From positions 455,184 to 519,183 of the forward strand of contig BCKQ01000007.1 in assembly GCA_001600695.1 (NCBI GenBank): a DNA stretch of 64,000 nt, given 5' to 3'. How positions within the stretch are numbered: the first letter of the stretch is position 1; each line of letters starts with the position of its first letter. The DNA comes from Ascoidea asiatica JCM 7603 (lineage: Eukaryota; Fungi; Ascomycota). The position numbers and the translations under genes are program-made. Positions 56,270 to 64,000 of this stretch are shown here, one piece after another. The notes beneath the pieces were generated by a model that had not been told where the DNA came from, searched no databases, and saw only the letters and a program-made list of their open reading frames with translations.

Positions 56270-57353
56270 GAATTTATCAGAAATTGAAGAATATATAGAA
56301 GATGATGAAGAAAATATAAATCAATTGATTTCTTCAAAATTAAATAATTTAGACTCAATAATTTTATTAATTTTGAAAAATTTTAAAGATAATACAACTT
56401 TTAAAAAAAATTTAAATTATAATTGGTCATTAATTCTATCAATTTTTAAATCTTATATTTTAAATACAAATAATTCAAAATCTATCCAATTTATCTTATT
56501 TTTTTTAACTCAAAATAATCCAATTTTAATTGATTCATTTCTAGTTTTTTTAATTGATTTATCTTTTTCAAATATCAATCTAAATTTAAAAATTAAATCA
56601 ATTCAATATCTTTCTAGTTTTATTTCAAGAGGTTCAAAAATAAATAAAAATCAAATTATTTTTATATTATCTTATTTAATTCAATGGTTAAATAACTATT
56701 TAATTCAAAGAGAATTTGAAATTAATGATGGTAATGGTGGTATGGATAGATTTAAACTATTTTATTCCGTATTTCAAGCAATTTTATATATATTCTGTTT
56801 TAGATTTCCAATTTTAAAAAAAGATTTAAATAATCAAGATAATGAGATAAATTCAAGTTCAAATTCCAATTCTAGCTCAGAATGGGAATTGGATTTAGAT
56901 AAATTTTTTCAAAATTTGATAATGAGTAAGTTTAATCCATTAAAATATTGTAATGAAACTGTAGTTTCAATGTTTGCAAAAATTGCTTATAAAGAAAATA
57001 TATGTTACTGCTTTTCAATAATTGAGCAAAATAAAAGAGACTCATTAAATTCAAATTTGAATTTAGATCAAGAGAATTCAAACTCAAACTTGAACTTCAA
57101 TTCAAAGTCAGTTTTAGGTTCAAATTCAAATCCAAATTCGAAGAATATCTCATTTCCAAACTCAAAATTAAATTTAACTTCTAAAAATCATAATAATAAT
57201 CTAGTTTTTTATTCAAAACAAGAATTTTTGGATTTACTTTCATACTTTCCATTTGATCCTTTAATCTTGAAGAAATCTAAAAAATTTATAAAGGATTATT
57301 ATATTGAATGGAATGATATCTCAAAGCATTACAGTAATCAATATGAAGACTGA
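55152..57353 (+). CDS. RRN3: RNA polymerase I initiation factor Rrn3
   Basis: Acidic loop, SKSIQF.LF, IQYLSSFISR, FYSVFQAILYIFCFR, SKFNPLKYCNETVV, SYFPFDPL. Confidence 0.92.
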
Positions 57354-58303
57354 TTTTATTAAAAACAATTTTTTTCCAAAATAAAACAAGCATACATTTT
57401 TATTCATTAACTTATTTAAGTCATTCAAGTCATTTTACTCATATAATTTATTTTACTCATTTTGACTCCTTTTGTCGTATTCTTTATTATTTGATTCATT
57501 CATTTCGTATTAAATTAGTTAATCATCAAAGTTACTTTATATTTATTCATTAAAAATAATTGATTATCTTTGTTTATGTCTGTTTGTCTGTTGTCTTAAT
57601 ACTTTTATAAATTACCTTAAATATCGTCAATAATAATAATTTAAAATCTGATATACACACTTTGGTTTCAGTATTTCAGTTTAATTTAGACTCTGGAACT
57701 AAAATATGTTTTAGGCTTAGCTACAGGTAAAAAATATTGGGTAATGTTAACTGGTTAATCAATAGCAACAAACAACAATAAAATTTAAAAAATATAGTGG
57801 TGTTCTTTTAAAATTACTTATTATCTTATTTTCAATTCATAGACTTTTATACATGATAAATAAATAATAATTACTTTTAAAACATATTTATAAATTGAAT
57901 GTCTGTGATATAAATACAGGATGTGAAATGACTAAAATAAACGATAAAACAATAAAACATGAGAAAAGCTCTTAAATGAAAACAAAGTGATAATCTGAAA
58001 TATTAATCAAAAGATAAAGTTAAACAAAATAAAAAAACATTAAACTTTAATGAAATTTATCTATGCCATAAAAGATACTAAATAATATCGAATGATAAAT
58101 GATTTGAACAAAGCAAAAAAAATAAAAAAAAAGTTGTTATAAAAGTTATGAACGTCATAAGAATTATTAAGGTTGGAAAAAAATGATAATTTGTCCTAAA
58201 AAGAAGTCAAAAAGCAAACCACTAAACTTGAATTATTCTAGGCACATTACAAGGTTTTATGCACTCATTTTCTTCTTAAATTTATATAAAAACATCATTA
58301 TTA

Positions 58304-58891
58304 TTAGTTTTCATAATTACATATATTGAAAGAAGAATGGTACACAAAAAAATAGTTTTTACAATTCAATATACCTATTTTTGAACCGTCACATTTTCTT
58401 ATACTTATACCAGGGAAAAGTTTATAAGAATTAGTTGTTGGATTATATGTTGTAGCATGTTTAAAGCAAAAAAATTGGCCTTCGTTTGTATTTAAAAAGC
58501 ATCTTCCTGAACAGATCAATTCTTCACAATTAGGATTTCTACATTCTCTATAATGATAAAAAAAATCTTCACAGCCTAAATGCTGAAAGTATTTTGAACA
58601 TGAACAGCAATATAAGTTTTCAAAAGGGAGTAATTCACTGAATTTTTCTTTAAGTTTCGTTTTTTCATCATTTCTATTATTGTTATTGTTATTGTTATTA
58701 TTATTTCTATTGTTGTTATTATTGTTATTGTTGTTGGTTTGATTTATATTATTGATATTATCATAATCAATGATTCTGTTCATCATATAATGGTAATTAT
58801 CAATTGAGCTATCAATGTTATTATTATTTTGGGGTAATGCTGAGTGAAACCCTTCTTTATTAATTTGAAGATTCACTGAATTCACATACAT
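58304..58891 (-). CDS. Hypothetical Cys/His-rich (zinc-finger-like) protein
   Basis: 195-aa ORF: poly-Asn N-terminal half, then CxxC...CxxxxC-x4-CxxxC-x10-CxxH. Confidence 0.55.
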   Translation of the reverse strand: MYVNSVNLQINKEGFHSALPQNNNNIDSSIDNYHYMMNRIIDYDNINNINQTNNNNNNNNNRNNNNNNNNNNRNDEKTKLKEKFSELLPFENLYCCSCSKYFQHLGCEDFFYHYRECRNPNCEELICSGRCFLNTNEGQFFCFKHATTYNPTTNSYKLFPGISIRKCDGSKIGILNCKNYFFVYHSSFNICNYEN

Positions 58892-61073
58892 GACTTTAGA
58901 ATTTGAGTAAGTGAATTATTTATAATGATATAATTAAATAGATTGAATTATATAGGAAAATTGTTTAGTATTTATACTAATAGATAATTGAATAAAATAA
59001 TGTTATAATCAGATAATTTAACAATTAGCAGTTGTTTGAGTAGTTGAATATTTGAATATTTGAATTTGAAAAATTGAAAAATGGAAGTCAAAATAATATT
59101 ATTTTAGTTATTTTCAAAAATTAAATAAATTTTGATAAAAAAACAAGTAATAACCGATAAATTTATATTAAAAAATATTTTTTTTTTTGTTTGATTTGTT
59201 TTAGGTTAATTTATGAATATGATTTTTAGTATTCATAATTCCAAAGAACTAAATCGTATTAAAAACATAAATTATAGAGAAAATTTAAGAGGTGTAGAAA
59301 AAACTAAGTAAATTTTTGATGATTTTTTGAACATTTTTGAAAAAGAGATATTTTCATTTGACTTGAAATAAAAAATAAAAAAAAAGAGTTTTTGAACTAT
59401 AATTGTTTGAAATTACTTTTTATTTTTTTCTTTATATGTTTAAACTTAACGTTGTCTGATTATACTGAACTTAAGAGAAATACTTTTAATGAGCAATGAT
59501 TTGAGGTTATTGAAAATGTTGGTGATTATGAAGAAGAATAAGAAGATGAAGAAGATTTAAAAAGTGTTTGAAATGAATATCACGATGATGGAAATATGTG
59601 TACTTTTAAACGAAGACTTATACATTATTTGGATTATTGAATAGTTTGTTTGAGTACAATTATATGAGTTTTCTGCAATATTCTGTCTTGTCATAATTGA
59701 ATCATATTATTATTATGCAAAGAAGATTTTTTTTTTTTGTTTGTTTGAAATAATATTTTATTTAATGTGAAATGTAAAATAATTAAGATAATTTTGTAAG
59801 TTCATAATGACATAAATTGATGGATTCATAATTTCATAATGTCATGAATTGCTAATTTCACCATCCTTGATTTGAGCAATCGTTTTGGAAAGTTGAAAGT
59901 TTTTATTTAAGTTGTTTTTAATTATAATTCAATTAAAGGTTATTGAATATATGAAGAGAAAGTATAATTCAATATAGAATTTCAGAGATAAAATATTATT
60001 TACTTTTATTTTGGAGTTGATTATTGGTAATAATCAAATATAAATGGTGATAAAAGAAGATGATTAAAGATGATTCAACAACATTGGAAACTTACTTTTT
60101 CATCTTTTCAATAACAGAAGTTCAAATTTAAATAAAACTTTGCTGTATTTTAGGAAAAAGAAGATGGAATAACGTTAGTTAGATAACTGTCTTAAAAGAA
60201 GAGTTTCTTCCCAAAGTTTCCAAAAATCAAGAGAAAATTCAAAAAGAAAAAAAAAAATCCCCTCAGATAAAAAGAGAAATACAAAGAAAAGAAAAGAAAC
60301 GACAAAAAAAAACGACAAAAAAAAAGGGCATATGCCAATATTATATTAATATTAGTATTAGTGGCATATACGACATAGTTCTGGAATTAGAACTCCCAGA
60401 CGCAGGAACAAAGCTCTTCCTGCAGTTGGATTACAATTTTGCGGAGTGTCCCGTGAGGACCCAAACTATGCACACTACACTGCAGTACTGTACTTTATTT
60501 GTGGTGGAGTTACAACAAAAATAGTGTTACTATGGCGATTAGACCTAAAACCTCGGAGATAACGAGATTCATGTTGTTGCCAGTAACAACTGATTAACAA
60601 CTAGCGAAAAATCTAAACAACTTATCAGAAACACAAAGAAAAACAGAATTTATGGTATTTGAGTGGTATTTGAAAACAGGTTGTATTCGGCGGTATCATT
60701 TTAACTAGTGAAAGGTTTATGCTTCACGTGCAAACAAAATCGCGTCCCTGAAAAAAAAGGAAATTATATTAACGTTACATCATTTTTAGAGGATCCGAAC
60801 AGTTTAGAAAGCTGGAGCAAATATATCAGACTAAAAAACAAAAATATTAAGCTATCGTTAAAAATTTCCCTAGTTTTTTTAGATTAAGATTTGAAACTTT
60901 AAACCAAGTAGACCTTACAAAAGCGGAAAGAAAATTTTACCGAATTATTTAAATATAGGTTCCATGAGATTGGCTTTTGATTGGCTAGAGCTCAAAAAAT
61001 GTCCTAAATGAATGGATTTTTCAGAGATTGAATAGAAATATATAGGTTAATAATTAAATAAAAACAATTGAAA

Positions 61074-61145
61074 TCCGTGATAGTTTAGTGGCTAGAATTA
61101 CCGCTTGTCGCGTGGTAGACCGGGGTTCAATTCCCCGTCGCGGAG
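61074..61145 (+). tRNA. tRNA-Asp(GUC), canonical
   Basis: TCCGTGATAGTTTAGTGG...ACCGC-TTGTCGC-GTGGT...GGTTCAATTCCCCGTCGCGGAG + T-run. Confidence 0.96.
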
Positions 61146-63021
61146 TTTATTTTTTTTTTTAGTTTTTTAGAATTTTAGTTTATTAGTTTCTTTCTTTTAT
61201 TGTTGTTTTGAGAGATAGAAGATATCTAAGGTTTTTAAATAGCTTCAATAAGCTCGATTTATTATCGAGTTAAAATAAAGAAAAGCAATTTTAGTTTCTA
61301 AATATAAAATGTAAAACATAAAATATTAATATACAAACTAGATAGTAATAATTGTAGTTTAGTAAATATTGAGTATTTTAAAAAAAAAAGTACAAAATAC
61401 AATAATAATTGCAGCAAGAACAATAAGCTTTCAAATTCTCAAAAGTGTAATAACAAATTGAGAAATGATTTATTTCTTCTTGAATCAATCGAAAAATTCC
61501 AAACAAATAAAATTTTAATTATTAAATTCTAAACATTAAATAGATTAAAGAATTACTTCTAGAATGTGGATATAAAGGGATGAAAAGTATTTGCTATATG
61601 GTTATAGAACTCAATATTGGCTGCTAAATTAGAATATTCGAATATATTTATATAAAGATAAACTATTCAAGTGGTTATCTATTTACTTATTATCAATCCA
61701 AGAAATGAATTCTTAACTATGTAAAATAAGTGCGCTACTTAAATTCTAGAATGTCGGGCTATGGTTCCGTAAATAAATTACGAGCCATGCTTCTTGGTGC
61801 CTTTCTTTCCGCAGCAAAGCTTAATTCCCTTGTATTGCCCCAACTTCACCAGAGTATACCGCTATTGCGTTGGCGAAGTTTTCATAATTGCGCCGACATT
61901 ACGCCGCTATTCCTCGTTGAACAACTTCAGATATTGCGTTTCGGATTATGCGCTTCACAAAATGAGTTTCAGGAAATGCGCGGTGCGTGAATCGCCCCAG
62001 GGCTGTGGTTTTGCATTGGTGAAAATAGCAGACTGCAGCTACCTGTGGCTGTAGATTTGGTGCTGTGCCCAGTGCTGCGTAGAATCTGCAGCTTGGCCTG
62101 GCTCTCTGTACACGATTGTCTATTTGGTCTCGAGGCCTGTCCATTTGGTTCAGTTTGTGAAAGTTGTTCAGGGTGTATTCCCATAGTTAAAGGCTGTTAC
62201 TTCCACAGAGCGAGTACAAATCCGTGGACAGCCCCTCTTTGTTGGCTCTCCTTTGCCCAATTCGTAATTTGAAGAAGCGTTTTAAGCCAGACGAACTTAA
62301 GATCTCTTACAATCTTATTCAGTCTCTTGTTCCTCACTCTTTTCCCATTTCTTCATTTATCCAGTGTCTATTCAAACAATGCTTTATTTCAATTGACCAT
62401 TGAATAAATAAATAAAGAATAAAGAATAAAGAATAATAACAAATTGGAGAAATTAGAAAAAGACAGGAAGAATAATATTCTAATTGAAAAAGAAACCCAT
62501 TATGATTAAATATACATTATTCCTATTAACTTATTATTTTCTCCTTTTTCAAAAAATTCGTAGTCTAGTTTTTTACAGTCTGCAATTTTGAAGTAAATTA
62601 CGAGCATGAAATTTGCAAAATTTATGAAATAACCAATACTTTTACTATGAAAAAAAGAATGCTATGAAAATAATACAAAGTTATCGTGTCGCAGCTGGCA
62701 TGCAAATATATTACAAAATAATTCACTCTGAACTAAATTTAACTTTTATAATAATTATTTCCCAGTATTTTGTAAAGAATACTACTGTACTAACTGATAC
62801 TTGATTTGAAATAAGACCTCCTACGGATAATTAATCCATAATATTTTATAGCAATAATTATTCTAATCTAATGAATCTTTTCAGATTTTTTGTATAAATT
62901 CATTGAATTCTTCCTTTTTTTTAAAAAAAGATTTATTTTCCTTTATTATTCTCAAATTTGAATCAAATCATTCATTACATATCATTATTTAATAAACTTA
63001 TTAATACAAACAATATCAATA

Positions 63022-64000
63022 ATGTCTTTCAATAATAATTCAGATAATTGTAAGTATTACATTCAATTTCAAATTCCAATTTCAATCCCAATTTTTACTT
63101 CAATAACTAACAGTCGTTTAATAGTCGAATATGATTTAGAAATCATTCAACAACCTGAAAAGGGTAGAATGAGTGGGTTGGGTGATAAAGATAGAAGATA
63201 TATATCTCCACCTCCATGTATTAAATTAAATGTTAAAGATAAATTTTCAAAAAAAAATATTCCAATAAATCAATTTTCGAACAAATATTTTTTTATTTGT
63301 ATTGTTACTTTATATGATCCTGAATCAATGAAAGATTTAACAATTATTAATTCAATTCCTCAAAATAAAAGAAAAAGAAAAAATTTAAATAAAAATTTAA
63401 AATCTAATTTAAAAAAAAATTCAGTTTCAAGATCAAGTATATCTTCTTCAAATAGTATATTTAGTATAAATGATAATGATAATAATAATATTACTCCAAG
63501 AAGTAGTATTTCTTCAAATGATGATGATATTGATAACTTTAACTGTAATAATAACAATAGTAATGGCCTAAATACATTAATATATGATAATAATAATGAA
63601 GAAATGGATTCTAAAAATGGTCCAATAAGGAATCTTAATGGTGAAATTATAAAAAATGGTGTAATTTTAGAGGATATAAAAAAACAACAAGGAATTTGGT
63701 TTATTTTTCCTGAATTAACAATTAGAATCCAAGGTACTTTTAAATTAAAATTTACTTTATTTAAAATTGAAAATATTGAAAAATTTTTAAGTCAATCATT
63801 AAATAATAATCTTAATATTAATACAATTCAATCAATTTGTGAAACATATTCAAATAATTTTAAAATTTTTATACCAAAAGAATTTCCTGGAGTTTCTAAA
63901 AGTACTGAATTAAGTAAATGTTTTGCAAATCAAGGAATTAAAATTCCAATAAGAAATTCAGAAAGAAAAAATTCAATATCTTCAAAAAAAAGAAAACTAA
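63022..64000 (+). CDS. velB: Velvet-family regulator, VelB-like; intron 63050-63124; runs off the window end
   Basis: Manual translation: EYDLEIIQQPEKGRMSGLGDKDRRYISPPPCIKLNVKD ... RNLNG ... GIWFIFPELTIRIQGTFKLKFTL ... FPGVSKSTELSKCFANQGIKIPIR; intron GTAAGT...ACTAAC...TAG. Confidence 0.9.
   Translation, partial: MSFNNNSDNCKYYIQFQIPISIPIFTSITNSRLIVEYDLEIIQQPEKGRMSGLGDKDRRYISPPPCIKLNVKDKFSKKNIPINQFSNKYFFICIVTLYDPESMKDLTIINSIPQNKRKRKNLNKNLKSNLKKNSVSRSSISSSNSIFSINDNDNNNITPRSSISSNDDDIDNFNCNNNNSNGLNTLIYDNNNEEMDSKNGPIRNLNGEIIKNGVILEDIKKQQGIWFIFPELTIRIQGTFKLKFTLFKIENIEKFLSQSLNNNLNINTIQSICETYSNNFKIFIPKEFPGVSKSTELSKCFANQGIKIPIRNSERKNSISSKKRKL

Overview
Very AT-rich, intron-poor budding-yeast (Saccharomycotina) genomic DNA whose proteins carry Asn-rich low-complexity inserts. 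The composition resembles Ascoidea-like yeasts, but this is an unverified inference. Recognisable genes: PTC7, an Eat1/Imo32-like hydrolase, a tandem pair of Toh1/Pga52-like GPI wall proteins, an UNC-93-like MFS transporter, a CMD/AhpD-like protein, an SDR, FET4, an F-box+LRR protein, a Dip5-like permease, VPS26, a Ure2-class GST, an Mpm1-like ORF, MTF1, AMN1, TSC11/AVO3, a KapC-like bZIP, PSD2, RRN3, a Cys-rich orphan and five tRNA genes. Highlights: (1) a VelB-type velvet regulator at the right edge, missed by the ORF track; this family is absent from model budding yeasts, and the gene has a stop-free in-frame intron. (2) A compact three-gene cluster: transporter plus two enzymes with peroxisomal (PTS1-type) C-termini. 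(3) A ~5 kb patchwork of decayed gene fragments (Hsp70, flocculin repeat, RanBD-like). (4) A Lyc1-like GNAT pseudogene and a B-box-mutated tRNA-Asp. (5) Aft-, Rox1- and Zap1-type consensus sites. (6) Unexplained GC-rich islands near 60.4 and 62 kb. All homology calls come from recalled motifs, not database searches.
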